Source: Hemiscyllium ocellatum (lineage: Eukaryota). Taken from it: a DNA stretch of 64,000 nt. Under the pieces are notes generated by a model that did not search any database, was not told the DNA's origin, and was given only the letters and a program-made list of their open reading frames with translations. Within the stretch, counting starts at the first letter, position 1. Each line of letters opens with the position of its first letter. A program made the position numbers and the translations under genes. The stretch covers positions 13,193,868 through 13,257,867 of the forward strand of contig NC_083449.1 of assembly GCF_020745735.1 (NCBI RefSeq), written 5' to 3'. Shown here one piece after another: positions 27,300-38,614 of this stretch.

Positions 27300-27680
27300 C
27301 CGCTCACTCCAAGTTCCGGGACCAGTTCCTGCTCCGCAGGGCCTCACGCATGCGCTCCTCCCGGCAGGAACAATCGGCCTTTGGGAGAAGGGACAGCCTC
27401 GCGCATGCGCCGCTCTCCCCCACTGAATCCCAGAAACAAACAGCAATTGGTCATTTCCCCAATTCCCTTTTCTCCCAGTTCCTGTGGCTGTGGGGGGAAA
27501 GGGCAGGGAACGTTTCAAGGTGGGACATTGTCCCTTTCTGAAGCTCCAATGGAGCTCCTTCCCCGGTCATGTTCATAACCCCTCCCCCCGGCTTCATCGC
27601 AATCCGATCAGGGAGCGGGCAAGCTGACGGCCATTCGACCCATCTAATGTGGACTACCATTCGGTAACATCATGTCTGCG
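27300..27680 (-). promoter_or_regulatory. CpG-rich promoter-like region with two NRF1-type motifs
   Basis: ACGCATGCGC at 27346-27355 and GCGCATGCGC at 27401-27410; local CpG enrichment; GTGAG donor on the minus strand at 27307. Confidence 0.5.
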
Positions 27681-27739
27681 TATTAAATTCCTGCCGAACT
27701 TCTTCCCATCAGTACTAACGCTTTGTCGAAAGTGTCATG

Positions 27740-28840
27740 CAGAGAGTGAGAATAAATGGCATGGATTGAGGATTGGCTGTCTGAGAGAAGGCAGAGAGTT
27801 GGGATAAGAGGCTCTTTTTCGGAATGGCAGCCGGTGAGAAGCGGTGTCCCACAGGGTTCAGGGTTGGGGCCGTTATATATTAATGATCTGGATGAAGGGA
27901 CTGGGGGCATTCTAGTGAAGTTTGCCGATGATATGAAGATAGGTGGACAGGCAGGTAGTACTGAGGATGTGGGGAGGCTGCAGAAGGATGGAGACAGTTT
28001 GGGAGAGTGGTCCAGGAAACGGCTGATGAAGTTCAATGTGAGCAAATGCGAGGTCTTGCACGTTGGAAAAAAGAATACAAACATGGACTACTTTCTAAAC
28101 GGTGAGAAAATTCATAAAGCCAAAGTACAAAGGGATCTGGGAGTGATAATCGAGGATTCTCTAAAGGTAAACATGCAGGTTGAATCCGTGATTAAGAAAG
28201 CGAATTCAATGTTGTCATTTATCTCAAGAGGGTTGGAATATAAAAGCAGCGAGGTGCTACTGAGACTTTATAAAGCTCTGGTTCGGCCCCATTTGGAGTA
28301 CTGTGTCCAGTTTTGGGCCCCACGCCTCAGGAGGGACATACTGGCACTGGAGCATGTCCAGCAGAGATTCACATGGATGATCCCGGGAATGGCAGGTCTA
28401 ACATATGAGGAATGGCTGAGGATCCTGGGATTGTACTCATTGGAGTTTAGAAGGTTAAGGGGAGATCTCATAAAAACTTATAAGATCATACATGGCTTGG
28501 AAAGGGTGGACGCTAAGAAATTGTTTCCATTATGTGAGGTGACTAGGACCCATGGGCACAGCCTTAGAATTAGAGGGGGTCAATTCAGAACAGAAATGTG
28601 GGGACATTTCTTCAGCCAGAGAGTGGTGGGCCTGTGGAATTCATTGCTGCGGAGTGCAGTGGAGGCCGGGACGCTAAATGTCTTCAAGGCAGAGATTGAT
28701 AAATTTTTGATGTCAGGAGAATTTAAGGGCTACGGGGAGAATGCGCATAAGTGGAGTTGTAATGCCCATCAGCTATGATTAAATGGCGGAGTGGACTCGA
28801 TGGGCCGAATGGCCTTACTTGCACTCCTATGTCTTATGGT
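27740..28840 (+). mobile_element. CR1 LINE RT 3' portion
   Basis: ORF 27756..28778 [30 protein letters not shown]. Confidence 0.92.
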
Positions 28841-28879
28841 CTTAAATGGGACATTTTCGCAAATGCAGCTAAAAGAGTC

Positions 28880-29960
28880 AGAGAGATGTACAGCACGGAA
28901 ACAGATGCTTCGGTATAACTCGGCTGTGCCGAGCAGTTATCATCACCAAAGAAGTCCCATTTTCCAGCACTTTCCCCATCACGCTATAATACCCTTCCTA
29001 TTCATACAGCCATCCTGATGCCTTTTAAATGTTGTAATTGTACTAGCCTTCACCATGTCCTCTGGCAGCTCATTCCTTACGTGTTTCCACTCTCTGTGTA
29101 AAAAGTTACTGCTTAGGTCCCTTTTAAACTTTACCCCTCTCACCCTGAATCTATGCACACTGGGTCTGGACTCCTCCACCACAGGGAAAAAGACATTGTC
29201 TGTTTACCCTATCCATGCCCTCATTATTTTATAAAAGCTCGATACGGTCACCCCTCAGCCTCCAACGCCCCAGGGAAAACAATCCCAGCCTCACCCTGTA
29301 ACTCCACTCCTCCAACCATGGCAACATCTTTGCAAGTCTTTTCTGAACCCTTTCAAGTTTCACAACATCCTGTGATAGGAGCGAGACTGGAATTCCACAC
29401 ACTCTTCCCAAAGTGACCGAACCAATGTCCCTTACAGCCGCAGCATGAATTCCCAACTTCTGCAAATCAAAGCTCTTGCCACCAAATGAAAGTGTACGAA
29501 ATGCCTCATTCACTGTTCTATCTCCCTGCAACTCGACTTTCAAGAAACTATGAACCTACACTCCAAGGTCTCTTTGCTCAGCAACACTCCCTAGGACCAT
29601 ACCATTCCTGAAGAAGGGCTCATGCCTGAATGTCGATTCTCCTGCTCCTTGGATGCTGCCTGACCTGCTGCACTTTTACAGCAACACATTTTCAGCATAT
29701 ATAAGTCCTGTCCTGATACGCCGTTCCAGATACAGCATTTCCCATTTATCTAAATTGAACTCCATCTGCCAGTCCTCGGCCCATCGGCCCATCTGGACAA
29801 GGTCCCATTGTACTCGGAGATAACCTTCTTCATTGTCCACTACAACTCCAATTTTGATGTCATCTGCAAACTAACTAACTATATCTTCTGTTTTCACATC
29901 CAAATGATTTATAGAAATAATGAAAAGCAGTGGACCCAGCACCAATGTTGCAGGGTGTCT
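28880..29960 (-). mobile_element. Degenerate CR1 LINE 3' portion with small Penelope-end insert (about 29604-29696)
   Basis: ORFs 28979..29182 and 29229..29543(-) carry CR1 motifs; ttcctgaagaagggctcatgcctgaatgtcgattctcctgctcc insert. Confidence 0.8.
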
Positions 29961-30079
29961 GATGTCACAGTGATAGTTTCTGAATCTCTGGTCAGGAGGC
30001 CGGGCTAAAGCCCTACCTGGATAGAGGTGTGTAATATCAAGTCTGTGACTGGATGCAAATACCAGCTTATAGTAGCTGA

Positions 30080-30720
30080 CTGATTTTAGTGTCAGAGAGT
30101 GTGGAGCTGTCAAGCACTGCCATTCAGGCAGCACCTAAGGAGCAGGAAAATCAATGTTTTGAGCAGAAGCTCTTCATCAGGAATGAGGGGGTGGCCCAAG
30201 GAGGGGGAGAGATAATTGGGATTCAGGTGGGGTTGGGGGGGAAGGTACCCGAGAGTGTGATAGGTAGATGAAGTTGGGGTGAAAGTGATCGGTAGGTGAG
30301 GAGGGTGGAATGGATAGGTGGGAAGGAGGATGGACAGGTAGGACAGGTCAAAAGGGTGGTGCCTAGCTGGAAGGTTGGATCTGGAATGAGTTGGGCTGAG
30401 GGGAAATGAGGAAAATGGTGAAATCCACATTAACCCTGCGTAGTTGGAGGCTATCAAGGTGAAGATGAGGCATTCTTCCACCAGGCCTCGGCTGGTGAGA
30501 GTTTGGTGGTGGAGGAGGCGTGTGGCATGCCACAGGCAGGAACTTGATGAGGAATGGAGTCCCATAATGATAGACCCCACCTAGCCGGGAGTGCCAGGCT
30601 CTTGATCCAGTGACAGTAAAGGAGAAGGAATACATTTCCAAGTCAGGACGGTGAGTGCCTTGGAGGTGAACTTGTCTGATATGAAGGTGGTGTTCCCCTT
30701 CATCAGCTTCCCTTATCCTT
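30080..30720 (-). mobile_element. Degenerate Penelope 3' fragment
   Basis: Minus strand resembles the 56000-56718 Penelope EN/3' end (LLHHQT..RGLVEECLIF.L..; ttcctgatgaagagcttctgctc). Confidence 0.65.
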
Positions 30721-30929
30721 TTTTAGACAGAAGTGGTCATGAGTTTGAAGGTGCCCTGATTACAAATTACAAACCTATAGTTTACAAGGGCCATCTGAGA
30801 TAGTTTTGATCCAAAGGAAAGGCCTCCAAATTGTGAAGGAAAGAACCCCGACAGACGTGAAGCCTGGGGACAGCTTAATATCCAACACAGAATGATAAAA
30901 AGGCATTGATTACTGAAGAGCAAAGGTGT

Positions 30930-31610
30930 AACAGAGTCAGGTTGTAGAAACCATTAAAAAGTGAAAGTTATGATAGGTATGTAAAGAGAGAAAGGAAAAC
31001 ACACAGGTTGATGAGGACAAACGTAGTTCACTTAGAATTAAAATGGGGGGAGCCCACAATGGGGACCAAAAATGGTTTTCCAACTGAATATCTTCTCTTG
31101 TTCTGTGTTCACAAAAGAGGATATAATTAACACAGCGGGAATTTTGGGGAACACAGAGTTTAGTGAGATGGAGATAATGAACCAAATCAGCATTATTTGG
31201 GAAATTGAGTTGAGGCAATGGATAGGACTGAAGGCTGAGAAATCCCAGACACTGATAATCTACCCCCCAGAGTAATTACCACAGTGGCCTCAGGGACCGT
31301 GGGTGTATTAGTGCTCATGTTCCAAGATTCTACAGGCTCTGCATTCATTTCAACAGATCGGATGGTGGCTAATGTGAGCAATTCAATGGAATACGGAGGG
31401 AGATATACAACTGGGAATTATAGACCAGTCAGTCTCCAGGGAAAAATCAAAATGAAAGATATAATTGCAAAGCATTTGAGCAAACGGTGATCAGGTTCTG
31501 ATGGAGTCAGCATGGATTTGAAAGGCCTGTTCCTGTGCTTACACTTCCATGTTCCCAGCTTGACAAACCGCCTGGAAATATTTCAGGATGTAACCAGGAG
31601 AGTTGATGAG
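30930..31610 (+). mobile_element. Old CR1 ORF2 fragment
   Basis: Remnants such as GNYRPVSL and SLTNRLEIFQDVTRRVDE. Confidence 0.6.
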
Positions 31611-32156
31611 AGTTTAACAATCAGTGAGGAGAAAAGAAAACTACAACTAACTCCCGGGACACCGGAGCAAAGGCTGAAAGGAGGAGAAATTCTATCCTTC
31701 CACCCTTCCACTTGGTGATATTACTGGCCTGTGACTGTATGGATGTGAATATTGTCTCAGAGAGACTGGAGGAAAAGGGCGGGTCGGTTGGTCGAACGTA
31801 ACTGTGTTTGTGTGTCCGCGAATATTATGATATTTCTGAGTCTCTCTTGTGCGAATCAAAAACATTTTCATTTCCAGTTATCCCCCGGCTGCCTCACTCG
31901 ACCCCAAAGGTGGAATTCAAGGGAATTTATTTGTTGATTTCAAGATTTCAGTCGAAAAGTACCGACAATGTCAGCGCTCAGCTCAGAGGGCTGGATCTGT
32001 GCAGCAGCAAAATGCGTTTAACTCGACAGCGGAGCCGTCTATTCGAGTGAAAACTTTTCAGTCACAAACCTTCCCGTGTCAGGGACAGGAGCGACCGAGC
32101 CTGGCTCTCCGGAGATACGGAATTTCAGAGGAATCGGAGAGTTTAGACAGTGAGAG

Positions 32157-32163
32157 AAACACA
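32157..32163 (+). promoter_or_regulatory. H1 AC box
   Basis: AAACACA about 160 nt upstream of the H1 ATG, the H1-specific promoter element. Confidence 0.6.
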
Positions 32164-32320
32164 GAGAGGCAGCAGGAGCAGGGAGCTGACGGCAGGTTGT
32201 CTCTGCGCCGTCCGCTCGCTGCCTTGAAGTTGCTCAGTGCCGCCCCCCAGCAGCTTCATTGCTGACCCAGTTCAGACTCACCCAGAGAGAGAGAGAGAGA
32301 TTCAGCACAGAGTTCTCGAC

Positions 32321-32968
32321 ATGAGCGACAGTGCAGCCGCCGAAACGGCTCCTCCAGCCTCCGCTCCCACCAAAGCCAAGGCTCCCAAGAAAAAGGCGGC
32401 GTCTCCCAGGAAAAGACCAGCCGGTCCCAAGTTGGGCGAGCAGATTCTGAGGATTGTCGAGCAGTCCAAGGATCGCAAGGGGATGTCCCTTTTCAGTATA
32501 AAGAAAGCGTTGGACAAAAGCGGGGTCGAGGTGGACAAGCGCAACTCCCAGATCAAGATGTGTATCAGGAGGGCCCTGGCGAAAGGCTCCCTGGTTCAGG
32601 TCAAGGGCCAGGGCGCCTCCGGCTCCTTCAAACTCGCTCAGACTCGAGGCAAGGCAGAAGGGGCCAAGAAGGTGAGAAGAGCAGCAAGCGGCAAGAAAGT
32701 GGTCGGGAAGAAAACACCAGCCAAGAAGGCTACAGTGAAAAAATCCCCAGCCAAGAAACCAACAGCTAAGAAAGCGACAGCTAAGAGACCAGGCGCCGGG
32801 AAGGCAGCCCCGCCAAAGAAAAAGCGAGTGATCAAAGCAGCGCCGAAGAAAAAGGCTTCCGTGAAGAAGGTGAAAAAGGCCAAGAGCCCCAAGTCTCCCA
32901 AACCCCTCAGCAAATCGGTTAAAGCCAAGACCCAGGCCAAAGTGACCAAGAGAGCAGCAAAGAAATGA
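32321..32968 (+). CDS. H1: Histone H1 (replication-dependent linker histone), 215 aa
   Basis: MSDSAAAETAPP..globular domain GPKLGEQI..KGSLVQVKGQGASGSFKL, Lys/Ala/Pro tail with SPK motifs; ATG at 32321. Confidence 0.97.
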   Translation: MSDSAAAETAPPASAPTKAKAPKKKAASPRKRPAGPKLGEQILRIVEQSKDRKGMSLFSIKKALDKSGVEVDKRNSQIKMCIRRALAKGSLVQVKGQGASGSFKLAQTRGKAEGAKKVRRAASGKKVVGKKTPAKKATVKKSPAKKPTAKKATAKRPGAGKAAPPKKKRVIKAAPKKKASVKKVKKAKSPKSPKPLSKSVKAKTQAKVTKRAAKK

Positions 32969-33004
32969 ACCAGTCGGTGTAACATGTAACCATCTGAACC
33001 CAAA

Positions 33005-33045
33005 GGCTCTTCTCAGAGCCACCCACATCTCTCAGGAAAGAGCTG
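33005..33045 (+). terminator. Histone 3' stem-loop + HDE (H1)
   Basis: GGCTCTTCTCAGAGCC-ACCCA and AAAGAGCTG. Confidence 0.95.
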
Positions 33046-33990
33046 AGCCCCGGATCAAATGGTCCCTGTCCCGGGGCCGAGTGCAGACATACCCAAGATG
33101 TTAATCTGACTGAGTTACTCAGACCCACCCTCTCGCCACAGTTTGTGAGTGGACAGACCCTGAGAATGGGGAAGGGATCACACGGGGAGGGTTTCTTGAT
33201 CTCCCATCTGGTTATTTCACATCGCGACTTGTATTTCTGCCCGGACCCCAATGTGACAGATTGCAGTATTTGTATTTCATTGACCCTTCCAGGAATGATG
33301 CTTTGTTCAGTTTTGATGCTGGGGCGGTGCGGATGTTATCATGGCGTGTTCTTTCGGTCTGTCCCTTACAGACAGATCAGGCAGCAATGACACATTGTGT
33401 TCGGGCTCATTACAATCTGGGTGAAACAAAGATGTCCCGATACAGGGAGACTCTGTCCCTTTCTCGGGGTACACTGTATGAGTTTGTAAGCTGTTTAAAC
33501 CTGCGGGGGGGGGTTTAGATTGACTCAGGGCGGTTGTTCGGCTGGGCTGTGAGAAACCCCTCACTTTCCTCCTGCCTGTTACACACTAGCTCCCCCCGTC
33601 CCACCGCTGTCCCTGACGGTAAGGACTGTGCACAGGAACTGACTGATGCATTTGTCTAACACTCATCATCGTCAATTGTCAAGAAGCGAAGTTTCAAATT
33701 GAGAGTTTCACACAGATTAAAGCTGGAGAGCTCCTTTCCAGCTGTAAAATTGCTGTCCCTTGTATCCGGCTGCAAATGGTTTTTATTTTGTAAACTATTT
33801 TGTAAATAAAATCAATATTAAAAAAAAAGTGCAACGATGAGCAATTCTCGGGTTCAAAAAGAAACAATCTCTCTCTGCTCACTGACCTTATCCCAGCTGC
33901 AACCATGGGGGTGGTTGAGCAGGAATTTCGGGGCGACATTAGCGCCAAAACTAACAACTGCTCTCTTTCAAATTCGAAAATCCCGCCAGT

Positions 33991-34185
33991 GTGGGGAAAG
34001 CCGGGGAGGGGGGAAAGTGGGTAGGGGGGAGGAAGGGGTGGGGGGTGGGGAAGGGGGGGAAGGGGGTAGGGAGAGGAAGGGGGTGGGGGATGAGGGAAAG
34101 GGGTGGGGAGAAGTGGGTAGGGGAAAGGGGGTGAGGGGAAGGGGGTGGGGGGAAGGGGGTGGGGGAGAAGGGGGTGTGGGTGTGG
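33991..34185 (+). repeat. G-rich low-complexity tract (G-quadruplex potential)
   Basis: More than 20 runs of GGG+ separated by 1-5 nt. Confidence 0.8.
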
Positions 34186-35227
34186 ATAGGCAGAACCGAA
34201 TGCATGTGCATTTGATCGTCAGTTCGGTTTCAGATCACGCCCTCTTCGGAGGGTCGGTGGGATTGTCAGCATCGCTGGCCCCCGGGCCACCCTTCATGGT
34301 CCATCCCAAATGGTCCACAGTTCAGGGCCAGGCCACCCTCACTCTCCGCTCGGGAGGCAAACGTCGGGCAGACCATCCCCTCGCCCTTGCCCTTTGTGAA
34401 TATCTATTTAGAGCACAGAGACAGACCATTGCATGCTTGAGCCGGGACAGAGAGTGGGCAGGTCCTTTTCTCAAGGATACTGTGCCCTTAGGTTTTTTCT
34501 CTCTCTCCCTCAGTGGGATCACAAACAGGTCCCGGTCCTGATTAGATTGGTTTGGTACAGAGATTATGGGTATTAAGAGGCCTTTTTGTTTAAATGTAAA
34601 CAGATGAGACTTCAGGCCAAAGTGGTCATGTCTTAGAAGTGACCTGTATAATGAAAGAGGGGTGGCCAGCTCTCCAGCTGGGCAGTTCAGTCCAGACTTT
34701 CTTCGGAGTTCAGCAGTGAGCTGTGTGGAAACAGGTGGCTAAAAGTAAAACTCTCCTTTTGTCCTTCTAACGTCAACCTGTGAGCATTTGTTCCATTTTT
34801 ATAGTTTCATTTAAAAGGGGGATTGTTTATTGGGACTGTAGTGTACATTCAGAACAGCATAATCGAGTCTCGTTTGGATAGACTTAGTTCTGTCAGGGTT
34901 ATTTACCTTTTTTTGTCTTTCATTGTGTAATTTTGTGAATACATTTCTGTCTGTTTTCAAACCTGGTGGTCAACCTCGCTAACTTCCTCCGGGTAATTTT
35001 CACCGTACACTCACCGAAACAAATTGTAAAAGTTGTGATCTGCTTGAGAATGGTTTGAGTGGTCTATGTTGTCCCTCTATTCACCAGCCATGGGTGTGAA
35101 TCCCACATCACCATCCTTTCCTGGATTAACCAAGCCCCACATTTCCTGGAGTTGTCAGAAAGCTGAATAATTAGCTTTCCCCAAACAATTTTTTTTTCAG
35201 AGCCAGATTGATAAAGAAGAGGTACTA

Positions 35228-35233
35228 TTTATT
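35228..35233 (-). terminator. Candidate poly(A) signal of the ZBP1-like gene
   Basis: AATAAA on the minus strand about 480 nt downstream of the stop at 35714. Confidence 0.5.
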
Positions 35234-35713
35234 CCAGGTAATTAGATCCTAATTACAGATAAACAGTTACAAATAAACAATTCCATACCATTTTTTTCCC
35301 CCAGTTCAGTAATCACGAACTCTATGCTATGTGTTTCTGCATCCCTTTCCTAACTGGTTAAAATATTGCACACAACTCAGACTGTTCCAGTAAACGTGTT
35401 TCTGCCGTAGTGCTGCTGCCATCTCTCTGCCCTCAGGTCTGAGGAAAGGTCATCCCCAAAATGTTAACACTGATTTCTCTCCAGGAGAGGCTGAGTGTTT
35501 CCAGCAATTTCTGGGTTTGTGTCCTCTCAGATTAAAGCATAGTCTTCGCTCAGCAGATTGAAGACGTGACCCAGATGACTCAGGAAAGCCAGTTTGGACA
35601 GGGTTACCTCGGAGGGGGATAAAATATCAGAAACCTATTCCATTTGGGACCCCGTGTTCTCCCGACACCAGGCGAAGCACCTCAACTCCCCAAACCCACC
35701 ATGATGGGAGTTT

Positions 35714-36045
35714 TCATTCTTCCTCAGTATTCTCAAAAAAGGGATCTTCACTTGAAGAACCATCACTCACAGGATCCTCGTTCACAGGGTCAGACCAGAA
35801 CTTCATCTGGTTGCTGTTCCCAATCTGAAGACCAGAGAGCTGGTCAGCGATGATGTCGATGTGAAACGCAGTGCCTGTGCCCGAGACTTCTCCCTCCTTG
35901 GCCTCAGTACCACCAGTCTCTGAGACTCCTCCCTCCTGGGGCTCAGTACCACCAGTCTCTGAGACTCCTCCCTCCTGGGATTCAGTACCACCAGTCTCTG
36001 AGACTCCTCCCTCCTGGGACTCAGTAGCGACAGTTTTCAAACCGC
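35714..36045 (-). CDS. ZBP1: ZBP1-like gene, terminal exon: 13-aa acidic repeats + RHIM (LQIGNSNQM) + stop
   Basis: Acceptor tctttttctggtcttgctcag|GC (phase 1); encodes GLKTVAT(ESQEGGVSETGGT)n..FHIDIIADQLSGLQIGNSNQMKFW..ENTEEE*; RHIM core at 35804-35830. Confidence 0.75.
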
Positions 36046-36359
36046 CTGAGCAAGACCAGAAAAAGACATTGACATTAACACCGTCCACCTCAGCATCCGC
36101 ACATCTCTCTGCCAGTGAAGGATGTTTCATCAGAGGTCACTCTCCAGGTAGCAGAAATGCAGCATGGATTTCTGCACAGCACGGCCCCATGAACACAACG
36201 TGCCAACAGTGGAGTCACTGGCTTTCTCAGTGATGGGTAAACATTGACCTCAGGACAGAGGGAAACACTCCCACCAGCACCATGGGTCCTTCAGTAATGG
36301 CTGTAGGATGTTTTAAATCAACTGTACGGCCGGTTTAACACCTCATCCACACTAGCACA

Positions 36360-37240
36360 CAGTGTGGCACTCCCTCAGCACTGAACCTCCGACAGTGCCC
36401 ACTCCCTCAGCACTGACCCCCCGACAGTGCCCGCTCCCTCAGCACTGACCCTCCGACAGTGCCCACTCCCTCAGCACTGACCCTCTGACAGTGCCCACTC
36501 CCTCAGCACTGACCCCCCGACAGTGCCCACTCCCTCAGCACTGACCCCCCGACAGTGCCCACTCCCTCAGCACTGACCCTCCGACAGTGCCCACTCCCTC
36601 AGCACTGATCCCCCGACAGTGCCCACTCCCTCAGCACTGACGCTCCGACAGTGCCCACTCCCTCAGCACTGATCCTCTGACAGTGCGGCACTCCCTCAGC
36701 ACTGACCCCCCGACAGTGCCCACTCCCTCAGCACTGACCCCCCGACAGTGCCCACTCCCTCAGCACTGACCCTCCGACAGTGCCCACTCCCTCAGCACTG
36801 ATCCCCCGACAGCGCGGCACTCCCTCAGCACTGACCCTCCGACAGTGCGGCACTCCCTCAGCACTGACCCTCCAACAGTGTGGCACTCCCTCAGCACTGA
36901 CCCTCCAACAGTGCCCACTCCCTCAGCACTGACCCTCCGACAGTGTGGCACTCCCTCAGCACTGACCCTCCGACAGCGCGGCACTCCCTCAGCACTGACC
37001 CTCCGACAGTGCGGCACTCCCTCAGCACTGACCCTCCCACAGTGCCCACTCCCTCAGCACTGACCCTCCGACAGTGCCCACTCCCTCAGCACTGACCCCC
37101 CGACAGTGCCCACTCCCTCAGCACTGACCCTCCGACAGTGCCCACTCCCTCAGCACTGACCCTCCGACAGTGCCCACTCCCTCAGCACTGACCCTCCGAC
37201 AGTGCCCGCTCCCTCAGCACTGACCCTCCGACAGTGTGCA
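36360..37240. repeat. 32-bp minisatellite (CCCTCAGCACTGACCCTCCGACAGTGCCCACT)n
   Basis: About 27 tandem copies; same unit at 47133-47577 and 48290-49296. Confidence 0.95.
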
Positions 37241-37465
37241 TGTCCAGCAGTCGCTTGAATGTCCTGAATGACCCTCCCTCCACCGCCACCACTAGCAACG
37301 CATTCCATGCATTCACAACTCTCGGACATTGGACTCCCCTGCGCCAGTGGATTTCGGAGGCTCAGGCATTAAGGACGAGAGGATAATGTCGGAGATGGGT
37401 GAGCCTACGACCTGGAGCAGCGGGCTAGCTGAAATGGCCTCAGCGAGGGACTGTGAGGTGGTTAC

Positions 37466-37726
37466 CTGCAGTGGGTCTCTCCTCACCCCGTTGCCCGGCA
37501 TCTCTTCTGCCAGTCATGGTGTTTTGGGAGCCCACTTGGACGTAGCAGTTACCGTGGGCACCACCGGTGATGTTATTGCTGGTGACCCCGTGCTGTTGGA
37601 TGTTGGTGATCTGGTCGCCAATGTGGTAGGTGATGGAATAATGGTAGTTGTTCATCTGGACACGGGGCTCTGCTCTGTCGGTCGGTGTTTTCGGCCACTC
37701 ACTTGTCCGACCGCTGCCTGCGGAAT
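37466..37726 (-). CDS. ZBP1: ZBP1-like gene, RHIM exon (VQVGSQNTM)
   Basis: Acceptor tgcttctttgtcag|AT (phase 1); donor GCAG|GTAACC at 37466 (alternative G|GTGAGG at 37487, same phase); N/Q/Y-rich segment ending ..GAHGNCYVQVGSQNTM; RHIM core 37515-37541. Confidence 0.8.
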
Positions 37727-37799
37727 CTGACAAAGAAGCAGGTAAAAGGGGAGACCAGTCAGCCCTACCTTCAGGTCAGACACCTGACCAATCCCACTC

Positions 37800-38590
37800 C
37801 CTTAGATAAATGCGAGGTGCTGCATTTTGGGAAAGCAAATCAGGGCAGGACTTGTACAGTTAACAGGAAGGTCCTGGGGAGTGTTGTTAAACAATGGGAG
37901 ACCTTGGAGTGCAGGTTCATAGCTCCTTGAATGTGCAGTCGCAAGTAGACAGGATAGTGAAGGTGGCGTTTGGTATGCTTTCCTTTATTGGTCAGAGCAT
38001 CGAGTATAAGCGTTGGGAGGTCAAGTTACGACTCTAAGGGACATTTGTTAGGCCCCTTCAGAACACTGTGTGCAATTCTGGTTTCCCAACTTTTGGAAGG
38101 ATATTGTGAAACTTGAATGGGTTCACAAACTAATCATAAGGATGTTGGAGGGTTTGAACGATAGGGAGAGGGTTAGAATAGGCTGGGGCTGTTTTCTCTG
38201 GAGCGTTGGAGGCTGAGAGGTGACCTTATAGAGGTTTATAAACTCATGAGGGGCATGGGTAGGGTAAACAGACAAGGTATTTTCCCTGGGGTGGGGGAGT
38301 CCAGAATTAGAGGGCATAGGTGAGAGGGGAAAAATTTAAAGGTGACCTAAGGGACAAATTTTTCTCCCAGAGGGTGGCGTGTGTATGGAATGAGCTGCCA
38401 GAGAAAGTGGAGGAGGCTGGTACAATTGCAACTTTTAACAGGCATCTGAATGGGTATATGAGCAGGAAGGGTTTGGGGGGATGTGGGCCAAGTGCTGGCA
38501 AATGGGACTAAATTAGGTTAGGATATCAGGTCAGCATAGATGAGTTGGACCTGCTGGGTCTGTCCGTGCTGTACATCTCTGAGTCTATGA
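37800..38590 (+). mobile_element. CR1 LINE 3' fragment (intronic)
   Basis: DKCEVLHFGKANQGR..FSQRVACVWNELPE motifs. Confidence 0.85.
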
Positions 38591-38614
38591 CCTCTTTCCC
38601 TTGTCTTCTGTAAA

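Noticed and set aside
33837-34541. 234-aa Gly-rich ORF
   Set aside because: Driven by the G-rich low-complexity tract.
34540-35060. Possible solo LTR between H1 and the ZBP1-like 3' end
   Set aside because: Composition is suggestive, but I could not define TG..CA ends or a TSD.
36046-36250. Upstream extension of the last ZBP1-like exon (ORF start 36130, or acceptor near 36248)
   Set aside because: The 36248 acceptor runs into an in-frame stop. The segment just 5' of 36045 is a strong polypyrimidine tract, so 36045 is preferred; a weaker in-phase acceptor near 36108 cannot be excluded.
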